Assembly (NCBI GenBank): GCA_963818475.1
Contig: CAWFSF010000006.1
Location: forward strand, 2,272,001 to 2,336,000
Direction of reading: 5' to 3'
From: Nitrospirota bacterium
GTDB lineage: Bacteria; Nitrospirota; UBA9217
DNA: 64,000 nt
How positions within the stretch are numbered: position 1 is the first letter of the stretch; the number at the start of each line of letters is the position of its first letter. The position numbers and the translations under genes were made by a program. The notes beneath the pieces were generated by a model. That model was not told the origin of the DNA, ran no database searches, and was given only the letters and a program-made list of their open reading frames with translations. Below are positions 20,657 to 32,484 of this stretch, one piece after another.

Positions 20657-21358
20657 CTAATAATACAGCAACATAAGGAGCAGAAAAGCCAGACTCTTTG
20701 CCACTTCTATCCAGCCTGTGGTCTGCAGCCTCACCTTATAAAGGGTGGCAGCCGCTATGAGGTTTTCCAGGAGCGGCAGGAGAGGAAGAAGCGAGAGGTG
20801 GAAACCGCGATACACAACAACGACAAACAGCACATACAGTACCGCGAGCACCCGATCCATTGATTTCTTGAACAGGAGCACCTTGACCTTGAATACGCCC
20901 GCGGTGAAATACAGTGCCACAGCCACAAAGAGCCGGACATCGATCCCGTTCGTTATCAGGAACTTCGCCAGCACAGCCGCGAGGCTCAGCAGGGCGAAGC
21001 CGAGCAGCTCGGTAAGGAGGAAATGCTCGCCTGCGAAGCGGTTCATCAGCAGATATGCCGTAGGGATAACAAGAAGGGGCAGGAGCCTAGGCACGTCGCT
21101 GCCGAAAACCGCAACGAGAACGGCCGTTGCCGCAACGATCTGGCAGATGAAGATGACGAAGTACCGCTGGTCCCCTTTTTTCCTGAGCCATTTCGAGAAA
21201 GCCTGCTTCGAGTTGACCAGCATGGCGAGAGCAAGAAACAGGGGGAAAACCAGCCACGTAAAACCACGGCTGACGCCGATGCCGACAAGGAAGGCGATGA
21301 TCAATACACTCCAGGAGCCGTATTCTTTGAGGAAATAGCCTTTGGTTTCAGTTCTCAT
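20657..21358 (-). CDS. YwiC-like membrane protein
   Basis: KEYGSWSVL N-terminal motif; multi-TM; GWIEV near the C-terminus. Confidence 0.7.
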   Translation of the reverse strand: MRTETKGYFLKEYGSWSVLIIAFLVGIGVSRGFTWLVFPLFLALAMLVNSKQAFSKWLRKKGDQRYFVIFICQIVAATAVLVAVFGSDVPRLLPLLVIPTAYLLMNRFAGEHFLLTELLGFALLSLAAVLAKFLITNGIDVRLFVAVALYFTAGVFKVKVLLFKKSMDRVLAVLYVLFVVVVYRGFHLSLLPLLPLLENLIAAATLYKVRLQTTGWIEVAKSLAFLLLMLLYY

Positions 21359-21536
21359 GCCTGCAGTATACCATTGAGAAAGGAAGAGCGTGTATGAGGA
21401 AAATCATAAAAAGCAAAAAGCGCGGCATGTTATGCTGTGGGAAGGAGCGACAGATGGCGGAAATGGCGGATCGGCGCTTTGCATACCTTGTTCTGCCTGA
21501 AGGCTGCGACCTGCCTCCCGGACACGTGCTTCGGTC

Positions 21537-22460
21537 TTAGTCGAACCCGAGCGCTATGCCGAGCCCGGCATACGACAGCCTGTTGACATAGAATTGTCCA
21601 TGCGGCGAGTACCCTTTGTAAGCCTCTAAGAGCACGCGGATAAATCTGCCGTTGGGTATAGAGCTGTCGAACTGAAGCCCCGCCTTGAGTGATCCATTCA
21701 CTGCCCAGTCATGTTCCTGATCGATCTTGAGATCGAGCCCGCCGACGAGCCGACCGCGGCCCAGGACCGGGTCGGTCCCGTAATACTCGACCCCTCCCTG
21801 CGCTGCCCACGGGCGCAGTTCATGCGGAACCTTGTGGAGGAAGTACTCGCCGCCGCCATAGACACGCCACTCCCGCCATTCCCGGGACCAGATAACATTC
21901 AGGGCCTCATAGGAAAATTCGATACGGTCCGTTTTGGACTGGAGCAGGTACTCATCGCCCAGATGAGAGCTCTGATGATAAAGCGCGATCCGCACCGAAA
22001 CAGGGCCCTTACGGTAGCTCATGGGAAAACCGATGGTATAGTCGGCATTGACCAGGGCACGGGACGGCATATCGAGGTTGAACTGCGCATGGATGCCACC
22101 GCCGAAGTTCATCTGCCATGCAGACCCCTCAGCCCGGTCGATATGCCGGTAAATACCGAAGATCTCGCCGAATCCGCCGGTCGCGGCGTTAATGGACTGC
22201 GATTGATACACATAGTGGCGATAACTGAGGTAGAAGTGAGGTTCTTTGGGGTCTGCCAGAAGAGGCCGGAAGAGGTCGCCTAAAGGAAGGAATATTGTCT
22301 CAGCAGGGGAAACGGAGGAGCCAGCCGGGGCAATTATTTCACTGCCCGTTCCAGGAGTATGCGAAGCGAATTCAGTGGCATGAGAGGCCGGCGTCAGTGC
22401 GATCAGGATGAAAAAGACGAGCGCGACTGAACCAGCACAATTCCGGAAGAACAGGTTCAT
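21537..22460 (-). CDS. DUF1207-like exported/outer-membrane protein (appears fused to NuoN only through an indel)
   Basis: Own signal peptide MNLFF...ASHA; FRPLLADPKEP, HQSSHLGDE, GYSPHGQF motifs. Confidence 0.75.
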   Translation of the reverse strand: MNLFFRNCAGSVALVFFILIALTPASHATEFASHTPGTGSEIIAPAGSSVSPAETIFLPLGDLFRPLLADPKEPHFYLSYRHYVYQSQSINAATGGFGEIFGIYRHIDRAEGSAWQMNFGGGIHAQFNLDMPSRALVNADYTIGFPMSYRKGPVSVRIALYHQSSHLGDEYLLQSKTDRIEFSYEALNVIWSREWREWRVYGGGEYFLHKVPHELRPWAAQGGVEYYGTDPVLGRGRLVGGLDLKIDQEHDWAVNGSLKAGLQFDSSIPNGRFIRVLLEAYKGYSPHGQFYVNRLSYAGLGIALGFD

Positions 22461-22510
22461 AAGATGAAGTATAGCGGATTGGCTGGCAGTTTGTCGCCGG
22501 TGTCCAAAAG

Positions 22511-23970
22511 CTAAGCAAGCCAAACCGGCGATCGAGGCCTTGGCGAAATCGAGCAGCTGAGCCGGCAATACGCCGATGTAGATGACGAAGGACGCTGAAA
22601 TTGCCAGCGCCAGCGCCAGCGACGGGGCCCGGGAGATCTCGAATGACCCGACGGGGTCCTTCATATACATGACCATGATAACGCGCAGATAGAAATAGGC
22701 GCTGATCGATGAAAGCAGGACGCCGACAACGGCAAGCCAGACAAGGCCCGCTTGTACGGCTGACTGGAAGATATAGAACTTGCCGACAAAACCGGCTGTC
22801 GGCGGTATGCCCGTGAGCGAGAACATGAAGATCAGCATGAGGAAGGCTGCGGTCTTGTTGGTCTTGCCCAGGCCGGCAAAGTCCGCGATGTCCTCGCCCC
22901 GCTCCCCCGCCTTGCGCAGCATGATCACCACGCCGAAGGCCCCCATGTTCATGAGCGCGTAAATGCAGACGTAGAGCATGACGCTCGCGGCACCGTCGGG
23001 ACCGCCGGCAGCCAGGCCGACGAGTGCATAACCCGCATGGGCAATGGAGGAATAGGCGAGCATGCGTTTGATGTTCGTCTGCGACAAGGCCATGATGTTG
23101 CCCGACAGCCATGGTCAGCACGGCCAGACCCGCCAGGATCGCGGTCGATTGTTCATGGAGCGGCTGGAGCGCATACAGGAAGACCCTGAGCAGCACGGCA
23201 AAACCGGCGACCTTGGGACCGGCGGACATGAACGCCGTGACCGACGTCGGCGCCCCTTCGTATACGTCCGGCACCCACATATGGAATGGCGCTGCAGCCA
23301 CCTTGAATCCGAAGCTCACGACCAGCATGATCATGGACAGCATCAGGACCGGGTTCGTCAGGTCAGCCTTCTGGAGGAACAGCAGGATGCCGGCCAGGTT
23401 CGTGGTGCCCGTGATTCCGTACATCAGCGACATGCCGTACAGCATGATCCCCGACGAGAAGGCGCCCAGGAGCAGATACTTGATAGCCGCTTCATTGGAA
23501 CGGTTGCTGCCCCGCATGAAGCCGGCGAGGACATAGATCGAAAGGGCCATGAGCTCGAGTCCGAGGTACAGCGTGATAAGGTCCCCGGCCGAGGCCATGA
23601 GCATCATGCCGCACGTGGAAAAGAGCATCAGTGCGTAATACTCGCCGCGGTGGATATCCTCTTCTTTAAGGTAATTGATCGAGACGAGGATGCCCAGGCC
23701 GCAGGCGCTGTAAAAAACGAACTTGAAATACGTCGAGAACGGATCGATGAGGAACGTTCCCGAGAACACAGAGCCGGAGGCGCCGATCGCTCCATAGCTC
23801 GCCACGGCGGCAAATGACACGCAGCCGAGACTGAACCATCCGAGGTATCCTTTATATTTCTTGTCCGTGAAAAAATCGAGGATCAACACCAGCAGGCCGC
23901 CGGCAATGATAATGATCTCCGGTGCAAGGGACGTCATGGATTGTGCTATTTCCTGGATCGAGCTGGACAT
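22511..23970 (-). CDS. nuoN: NADH-quinone oxidoreductase subunit N (frameshifts near 23102 and 22520)
   Basis: EAAIKYLLLGA, FKVAAAPFHMWVPDVYEGAPT, NIKRMLAYSSIAHAGY across two frames. Confidence 0.9.
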
Positions 23971-24015
23971 CGATATCTCCTCACAGATTCCACTGGAATA
24001 AAACTCCTGACAAAA

Positions 24016-25556
24016 CTACTTCGCGAGCAGGGAACCCACCGCTTGGGCCATGGCAGGAACGTGCTGGACTTTGGCGTTCACCTGCTGAATAAGATTGGAT
24101 GCGGACATATGGATCATCTGGAGCGCCGCATTCGGATAGAGGCCGATGAAGAAGACCAGTATCACCAGCGGCAACGATGCGGCGATCTCCCGCAGGTTCA
24201 TATCAACAAGATGTTCGTTATGCGGGATTCGTGATCTTGCCGAAGGCCACACGCTGATAGAGCCAGAGCATGTATCCCGCGCCGAGAATGATCCCGAGCG
24301 AGGCGATCACGGCATAGGGCTTATAGTGCATGAACGCGCCGAGCAGGATGGCAAACTCGCCGATGAAGCCGTTCGTGCCCGGCAAGCCGATGGACGAAAA
24401 GGTGATGATCATCAGGAACGTGGCATAGATCGGGACCCTGGCTGCGATGCCGCCGTAGTCGGCGATCACCCGCGTATGGGTCCGTTCGTATATCACACCC
24501 ACGGCAAGGAACAACGCTCCCGTCGAGATGCCGTGGTTCAGCATCTGCAGGATCCCGCCCTCAAGCCCCTGGCTGTTCAGGGCAAAGATGCCGAGGGTGA
24601 CAAAACCCATATGGCTGACGCTCGAGTAGGCAATCAGTTTCTTGAAGTCCGTCTGCGCAAAGGCCATGTAGGCCCCGTAGATGATCGCGATCACCGAAAG
24701 GATCATGATGGCCGGGGTCCAGGCTGAGCGCGGCGTCAGGGAAGAACGGCAGCGAGAACCGGAGGAAGCCGTAGGCGCCCATCTTGATCAGGATGCCGGC
24801 CAGGATGATGCTGCCTGCAGTGGGCGCTTCCACGTGTGCGTCGGGCAGCCAGGTGTGGACCGGGAACATCGGCACCTTGACCGCAAAGGCCGCGAAAAAG
24901 GCAATGAAAGCAAATATCTGGAACGTATAGGTGAACTGGTGGTTCATGATGGCCAGCACATCGAAGGTCTTACCCGCGGCAACGTAAATGGCCATGATGG
25001 CGACGAGCATGAGCACGCTGCCCACGAGAGTGTAGAGAAAGAACTTGATGGCAGCGTAAAGCCGGTTCGGTCCTCCCCAGATGCCGATCAGCAGGTACAT
25101 GGGGATGAGCATGGCTTCCCAGAAGATATAGAACAGGAAAAGGTCAAGCGAGGTAAAGACGCCGATCATAGCCGCTTCAAGGAACAGGATGGCAATCATG
25201 AACTCCCGCACCCGGTCCTGAATGGCGGTCCAGGACACCATGATCGAGATGACCGTCAGGAGGGCTGTCAGCGCCACAAAGAGGATGCTGATGCCGTCAA
25301 CGCCGAGCTTGTAGCTGATGCCCCAGGCGGCGATCCAGGGCAGGTTCTCGCCGAACTGCATGTTCGCGGTCGTCGTGTCAAAATTCGTGAGCAGCGGCAG
25401 ACAGAGCGCAAGATCGATGACCGCGACGCTTACGGCGATCCAGCGTACTGCCGCGGCGTTCCTGACGAACAGCAGGATGAACGAACCGATCACGGGAATG
25501 AAGATCAGGAGGCTCAACAGCGGGTATCCGAGCTGGTTCGGGATCAATTCAAGCAT
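24016..25556 (-). CDS. nuoM: Subunit M (frameshifts near 24715 and 24225)
   Basis: FWEAMLIPMY, KVPMFPVHTWLPDAHVEAPT, KKLIAYSSVSHMG, GLPGTNGFIGE. Confidence 0.92.
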
Positions 25557-25636
25557 GGATCTGACTCCTTTGGCAAATGGATACTGATGTCAACGCAAAC
25601 CACGAGGCATCTGTTTCAATGATAAGCTGCGCCCTG

Positions 25637-27569
25637 CTAACGCAGAACGTAGTACAATCCCACGAGGACCACCAGGCCAAGCGCCATGGTAAATGCATAC
25701 TGCTGCACATAGCCGGTCTGGATCTTCCGGCTTTGCTGGCTCGTCGAACTGATCGCCTGCGCAAGGCCGTTCACTGCACCGTCGATGATTTTGACATCGC
25801 CGATCGTATAGAGAATCTTCGCCAGTTTGTGAACCAGGCCGTCAACAAAAATGTAGTTGTAGATTTCGTCAACCTTATATTTATTAAGGAGCAGCGTGTA
25901 AGCACCCTTGTACTTCTCCGCCCAGTAGGCGGGCCGGGAAGGGTTCTTTACATACCATGCATAGGCGCTTCTGATCCCGGCAAGCGCGACCACGACGGAA
26001 AACACCATCAGGCCAAGCTCGAACCAGTGGCTTTCTGCCGCAGCTGCATGCTCAGCATGCGGAAAGAGCGGTGCGAGAAAATCGCCAAACAGGTTCATGT
26101 GAGGAATGATCGCCCCGGGCATCCCGATCCAGCCGATGACCACGGAGAAAAACGCAAGGATCATGAGCGGGACGGTCATGACCTTCGGCGACTCGTGCAC
26201 ATGGTGCTCGACCTCGTGGTCCATGCGGGATTTTCCGTAGAAGGTCAGGTAGATCAGCCGGAATGAATAGAATGCCGTCATGAAGGCGGCGGCCACGCCG
26301 AGGACCCACAGCCCGCGGCCCAGCGTCGATGCATTGTAAGCGCTCCAGAGGATCTCGTCCTTGCTGAAAAAGCCCGCAAAGGGAAAGATCCCGGCCAGGG
26401 CAAGAGAGCCGATGATGAACACCGCATGGGTGATCTTGATCTTGGACTTGAGCGCGCCCATCTTGCGCATATCCTGCTCGCCCGACAGTGCATGGATCAC
26501 GCTGCCCGAGGCAAGGAACAGGAGCCCCTTGAAGAACGCATGGGTCGTGAGGTGAAAGATGCCTGCCGAGAACGCCCCGACCCCGAGCCCCAGGAACATA
26601 TAGCCGAGCTGACTGATCGTTGAATAGGCGATGACGCGCTTGATGTCATTCTGCACCAGGCCGATGGTCGCGGCAAAGACCGCGGTCAGCCCGCCGACGA
26701 TGGCAACGACATTCATCGCGGTCGGAGAGAGCGAGAAGATCGGCGCACAGCGCGCCACCATGAAGACGCCGGCGGTGACCATGGTCGCCGCATGGATCAG
26801 GGCGCTGACCGGCGTGGGGCCTTCCATGGCGTCCGGGAGCCAGACGTAGAGCGGAAGCTGGGCGGACTTGCCCATGGCTCCCACGAACAATAGCAGCGCG
26901 ATCAGGGTAATCACACTGATCTCTGACCCGAAGAGCAGGTAGTTGAAATTGGCGGCCGGATCGGCAACGGCCTTGAAGACCTCGGCGAAAGTTCAGTGTG
27001 CCGAAGGTGACAAAGATCAGGAGCATGCCGAGCAGGAAGCCGAAGTCGCCTACGCGGTTCACGACAAAGGCCTTGATGCCGGCATCGGAGGCTGATTTTT
27101 TCTCATACCAGAAGCCGATCAGGAGGTAGGAGCAGAGGCCGACCCCTTCCCAGCCCACGAACATGAGCAGGAAGCTGTTGGCCATGACCAGCACCAGCAT
27201 GAAGAAGGTAAAGAGCGCCAAATAGGAGAAGAACCGGGCAAAACCTTTGTCGCCGTGCATATATCCCACGGAGTAGATGTGAATAAGGGAACTGAGCGTG
27301 GTCACGACCAGGAGCATGACCGTGGTCAACTGGTCGATCTGCAGCCCCACATTCACCGAGAGCGTACCGATGGAGATCCAGGAATAGAGGTTCTCATTGA
27401 TGATCGTCCCGCCGAGCACATCGAAGAAGGCGCTCACGGAAAGCACGAACGCCCCGACCACGCCGAGAATGGGGAAGTAGGCGGCCCTCTCCTTCAGGAA
27501 TTTCCCGAACAGACCGGCGATCAGGAAGCCGGCGAAGGGCAGCAGCGGTATCAGTGCATATTTAAGCAT
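25637..27569 (-). CDS. nuoL: Subunit L (frameshift near 26990)
   Basis: GWEGVGLCSYLLIGF, KSAQLPLYVWLPDAMEGPTPVSALIHAATMV. Confidence 0.93.
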
Positions 27570-27586
27570 AATCACCTCTTCGAGGT

Positions 27587-27707
27587 AAATTCCAAACTTC
27601 AATTTCCAAATCTCAAATAAAATCCAAATTTCAAATTCGAATCATAGAACATTTGCCTCTTGGTACTTGGAATTTATTTGTAATTTGGCGCTTGGGCTTT
27701 GGGATTT
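27587..27707. repeat. AT-rich heptamer-based imperfect palindrome (family B)
   Basis: Left arm of (t/c)ccaaat-like units, right arm of ttgg units; aligns with 39554-39684. Confidence 0.75.
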
Positions 27708-27714
27708 CCCGATT

Positions 27715-28017
27715 TTATCCCTTCATGATGTTAAAGTCTTCCACGTGGATACTCCCGCGGTTGCGGGCCAGGAGGATGATGATCGCCAGAGCCACCGCTG
27801 CCTCGGCAGCGGCCACGGTGATGACAAAGATCACGAAGATCTGGCCGGTGAGCGACTGCAGATAGTGCGAGAATGCGACCAGGTTGATGTTCGCCGCATT
27901 CAGCATGAGCTCGATGGACATCAGGACGATGAACACATTGCGGCGGCTCAGCACGCCGACAACACCGATGGTGAACAACCCGGCACTCAGCAGGATATAC
28001 CAGGACAAGGGGATCAT
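27715..28017 (-). CDS. nuoK: Subunit K
   Basis: [27 protein letters not shown]. Confidence 0.95.
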   Translation of the reverse strand: MIPLSWYILLSAGLFTIGVVGVLSRRNVFIVLMSIELMLNAANINLVAFSHYLQSLTGQIFVIFVITVAAAEAAVALAIIILLARNRGSIHVEDFNIMKG

Positions 28018-28034
28018 GGAAACCTCCGGTTTCC

Positions 28035-28107
28035 ATTGCGGAGGAAGATTGCAGAATTTGGATTGAGATTCAGCAAAAGCCGCAATCCGAAATCCGAAAT
28101 CCGCAAT
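28035..28107. repeat. Degenerate ATTGCGG / CCGCAAT heptamer palindrome (family A)
   Basis: attgcgg...cgcaat ccgaaat ccgaaat ccgcaat. Confidence 0.75.
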
Positions 28108-28115
28108 GTACTTAT

Positions 28116-28626
28116 CTATTCATTCGTTTTCTTCTTCGCCAGCATTACAGCACCCACGAGCCCGACCAGCAGGATGATGGACGCGATCTCGAACGGCACC
28201 AGGTAGTTGGTATACAGTTCAATGCCGAGGGCACCAACCCCGGTACTCGAGACATCGCGCATCGGTTGGCCCGCGTCTGCCGGAAATCTGCCCTTAATGA
28301 CAAGCAATCCGATCTCACCGGCGATCAGCACGCCAAAACCGACGAGCCAGGGCCAGAAACGGTTTGCCCGCAGCGCGGTAGACCTCGCGGTCCACGCTCA
28401 GGAGCATGGCCACGAAGAGGTACAGGATCAGGATGGCCCCGGCATACACGATAAGCTGCACCGCAGCCAGGAACTCCGCGTTCAGCAACACGAATACGCC
28501 TGCAATATGAAAGAAGAGCAGGAGCATGAACATCACGCTATGGATGGGGTTCTTCCGGGTGACCGTGAGGACCGCCGATACGAGGATCACTGCGGCAAAA
28601 TACAGGAAGATAAGTTTATGCGCCAT
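28116..28626 (-). CDS. nuoJ: Subunit J (frameshift near 28330-28380)
   Basis: [40 protein letters not shown]. Confidence 0.9.
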
Positions 28627-29113
28627 TACTTCTTTACCGCCTTTCCGCCCATGTAGTGGTCGCCCACATCGACAAGACGGTCCTTGGTATAGAACGCATC
28701 TTTCCGGTCATAGCAGGCAAGCTCGAACTCGGGGGTCATCAGGATCGCCGAAACAGGGCACGCATCGATGCAGAAACCGCAGAACACGCACCGGAGCAGG
28801 TCAAGTTCGTAGGAGTTCACCACTTTTTCGATGGTCTGGCCCTTCGGACGTCACCACCGTAATGGCCTTGGAAGGACAGACCGCCTCGCAGAGACCGCAG
28901 CCGATGCACGCCGCTGCGCCCTTTTCATCGCGGCGCATGGCATGGAGCCCGCGCGAACCCGGGGATGGGTTTGCGCTTGAAGGCCGGGTACTGCCGCGTC
29001 CTCGCATAGGGTATCATACGTTTTTGACGGGTGAGCATGGTCTTGAGCGTCAGGGCCATGCCCTGTGCGATCTCGATCATGAAGATCGTTTTGAGCAGCT
29101 TTTTATTTTTCAT
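28626..29113 (-). CDS. nuoI: Subunit I (frameshifts near 28958 and 28825)
   Basis: RGLH...[12 protein letters not shown] and [13 protein letters not shown] in adjacent frames. Confidence 0.9.
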
Positions 29114-29154
29114 GTCATTTACTCCTCACTCCGCCCTCGCTCAAACCTCTCCGT

Positions 29155-30242
29155 CTACAGCCAGCCCAGCTGCTTCATACCTGCCGCCACGAGCAGCGTG
29201 CAGAGCGACAAGGGGAGAAAAATCTTCCAGGAAATCTTCATGAGCTGGTCATAACGGTACCGGGGAAGCGTTGCCCGGATCCACATGTAGAAAAAGATGA
29301 AGAAGTACAGCTTTGCCAGCAGCCAGAGCGTCGGGGGCAGGGCCGCGAACATCCGGTTGATGAATGCTATTGAGGTGAGATGGCCAAACGCGGTGTTGGG
29401 AAGAATCTGCACCGGCAGCCAGCCGCCGAGGAACATGATGCTCGCCAGGAGCGAGACCACCATCATGTTCATGTACTCTGCCATGAAGAAGAGGCCGAAG
29501 CGAATGCCGCTGTACTCGGTGAAGTATCCCGCCACGAGCTCGCTCTCTGCCTCGGGCAGGTCGAAAGGAACACGGTTCGTCTCTGCAATGGCCGAAACCA
29601 GATAGAGGAAAAATGCCACCGGGCCCACGGGCAGCGCGATAATGAACCATTGCTTGCTCTGGGCATTCACAATATCGTTCAGGTTCAGCGAGCCGGCCAG
29701 GAGCACCACGGTGAGGATCGCAAAGGCCATGGGGATCTCGTAGCTGATCATCTGGGCTGCGGACCGGAACCCTCCCATGAGGGAATACTTGTTGTTCGAC
29801 GCCCAGCCGGCCATGATGACGCCGTAGGTGCCGATGCTGGCGAACGCGACGATAAAAAGAACACCTACGTTCAGGTTCGACACCCAGAGCGGGACCGTAT
29901 GGGACAGCAGACCGAAAAAGTCGTGGGCGGTCCAAAGGGTATGACCACAAAGGCGCCAAACGCCATGACGAGCATGAGGATCGGCGCAATGCTGAAGACC
30001 CATTTGTCGGCCTTGGCCGGGATGATGTCCTCTTTCATGATGAACTTGACCGCATCGGCGATCGGCTGCAGGATCCCGTGCCAGCCGGTCCGCATCGGGC
30101 CCAGGCGCCCCTGCATATGCGCAAGCACCTTGCGCTCCATGAGCTGCAGATACATCGCATTGGCCAGGATGAAAGCCAGCAGCACCACAATGGGAATGAC
30201 GAGCGTATAGAGGATGTTGAGTACCAGGTTCAGATCAGGCAT
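29155..30242 (-). CDS. nuoH: Subunit H (frameshift near 29925)
   Basis: ERKVLAHMQGRLGP, QPIADAVK, RSAAQMISYE, AETNRVPFDLPEAESELVAG. Confidence 0.93.
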
Positions 30243-30251
30243 GTTCTGCTC

Positions 30252-32427
30252 CTACACTTCGATCTTAATGTGTTTAATGGTCCCGATTTCATGTGACCGC
30301 GTGATCGTCATCCCGGACGAGAACAATTGCTTCTCGGCCGTGATCACTTCCTTCTTCATGATCGTAGCGGATGCCAGCGACAGGTCAACATCCGTTCCGG
30401 CAAGGGGCGACTTGTTCACGCGGCCAGCACGCACCAACGGCAAGACCGGCATACAGCGGTACCGTGGACCGGATCTCCGCAATGATGTCCCGCACGGATC
30501 CATAGGTCAGGGACCCGCCCATCTTCTTCGCAATCTCCGCGAGGATCTCCCAGTCAGGACGCGATTCCCCGTAGGGCTCTTCAGCGCGGTTGATCTGCTG
30601 GAGGCGGCGCTCAAGGTTCGTGAACGTTCCGCTCTTTTCCACATAGCTTGCCGCCGGCAGCACCACATCGGCCATCTGCGCCGTCTCGGTCATAAAAATG
30701 TCCTGCACCACGAGGAAATCGAGCTTCGCAAGCACCGGTTTGAGGCCCGGGTCGCTTCCGATCGGATCGTCGCCCATGATATAGAGGGCATGCAGTTTGC
30801 CGGAGGCCATCGCGTCGACCATCTCCACAGCGTTTTTGCCGGCCGTCTCGGGCAGGACCGCGTTCCAGGAACCGGCAAGCGAGGCCGTCGTATCAGCACT
30901 GACCTTCCGGTATCCGGGATAATAATCCGGAAGCACTCCCATATCGAGCGCACCCTGGAAGTTGCTGCGCCGTACGATGGGATAATAGGTAACATTCTTC
31001 AGAAGACCGGCAAGCTCCTTGATCCGGCTGAAATCCGCGTCCGTGAGCTTCGACGGTACGATGACCGCCACGCTTCCGGCACCTTTCAGGACCGCTGCAG
31101 CATGCTGTGCCTCGCTGCTGCCCTGTCCGGCAGACAACGCCCTGACCAGGTCGCCCAGCGCCGCCTCGGTGCTTTGGGGGATCACGACCGAAGCAAGCTT
31201 GTTGAATTTATTAATTCCGTCGTTCACCAGGACCAGCGTGCGGCCTTTTCGATTGACGGCGCGGACGATCTCAATGCCGGTGAGCGGGTTGATATCGCCG
31301 ACTTCCTTGTCGAGCACCAGGATAACATCGTTAGTGCCCATCTGGCCGAGTTCACCGCTGAAGAACGCCGTATCGAGTCCTTTCGGCGCCTTGAGCCTCG
31401 CCAGCAGATCCACATTGTTCGTGCCCACGATCGTGCGCATGAACTTCTGGAACACATAATGGTCCTCGTTCGTGGTCCGGACGGACCCGAGACCGCCGAT
31501 GCTGTCAGCCCCGCTCTTGCCCTTGATCACGTTGAGGTTCGTGGCCACCACTGCCAGCGCCTCTTCCCAGGTGCAGTCAACGAGCTCATTGCCCACGCGC
31601 ATCTTCGGCGTAGTGAGCCGGTCTTTGTGATGGACCGCGTCCCAGCCGAACCGCCCCTTGGCGCAGAGATAATTGTCCTTCCCCGGGCTCACCCGCATGA
31701 TCCTGCTGTCGCGGGTCTCAAGCGTGGTGGTGCAGCCGCAGCCGCAGTAGTTGCAGACGGATTTCGTCCCCTCCAGGTTCCAGGACCGGGCCTTATACTT
31801 GAACTGGCGCGTCGTGAGCGCTCCCACCGGGCAGATCTCGACGCATTCGCCGCAGAACTCGCAGTCCAGCGGCCGGTCGAAATCGGTGCTGATCCGCGCC
31901 TTGGTGCCGCGGCGGGTGAATGCCCACTCGCCTACGCCGTTCTGTTCATCGCAGATCCTGACGCATTTGCCGCAAAGGATGCAGCGGCTGATATTGCGTT
32001 CGACGATCGGGCTCTCCAGATCAGGCGGGAGGTAGCCCTTTTCAGCATCGAACCTGCTCTGGCCGAGTCCGTACTCATGCACGAGGTCCTGGAGCTGGCA
32101 CTCGCCCGCCTTGTCGCAGACCGGACAGTCGAGGGGATGCTTGATCAGCAGGAGTTCGAGCACCATCTTGCGCGCATTGATGAGCTCGGGCGACGTGGTG
32201 CGGACCACCATGTTGTCGCCGGCCGGCGTGGTGCACGACGGCGTGAACCGGCGCGGCGTTCCCTCCACCTCCACGATGCAGATCCGGCAGGCGCCGAAGG
32301 GATGGAGCTTGTTGTCATGGCACAGGGTGGGCACCCGCGACCCGGCCGCATTAGCAGCCTCGAGGATGGTCGATCCCATGGGCACTTCTACTTTTTTTCC
32401 GTCAACCGTTACTGTTATTTTTTGCAT
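30252..32427 (-). CDS. nuoG: NuoG/BfuA-like subunit: Fe-S domains on a molybdopterin-oxidoreductase scaffold (frameshift near 30415)
   Basis: PTLC...GACRIC...SC; HPLDCPVCDKAGEC; two CxxCxxCxxxC; CNYCGCGC; ADVVLPAASYVEKSGTFTN. Confidence 0.85.
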
Positions 32428-32484
32428 AGGTTTTCTTCTACCTTTGTATGCAACCGCTGTTTTCCGCGGTAAATTTGTCCGCTG

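Noticed and set aside
21537-23093. Apparent NuoN-DUF1207 fusion ORF of 518 aa
   Set aside because: Removing one base near 22520 gives a normal NuoN end (GLLA*), and the downstream part has its own ATG and signal peptide; the region is indel-rich
30214-32472. Long antisense ORFs (752 aa here; also 42015-43679, 18922-20322, 9384-10586)
   Set aside because: Shadow frames opposite well-supported genes in GC-rich DNA, with no recognisable motifs
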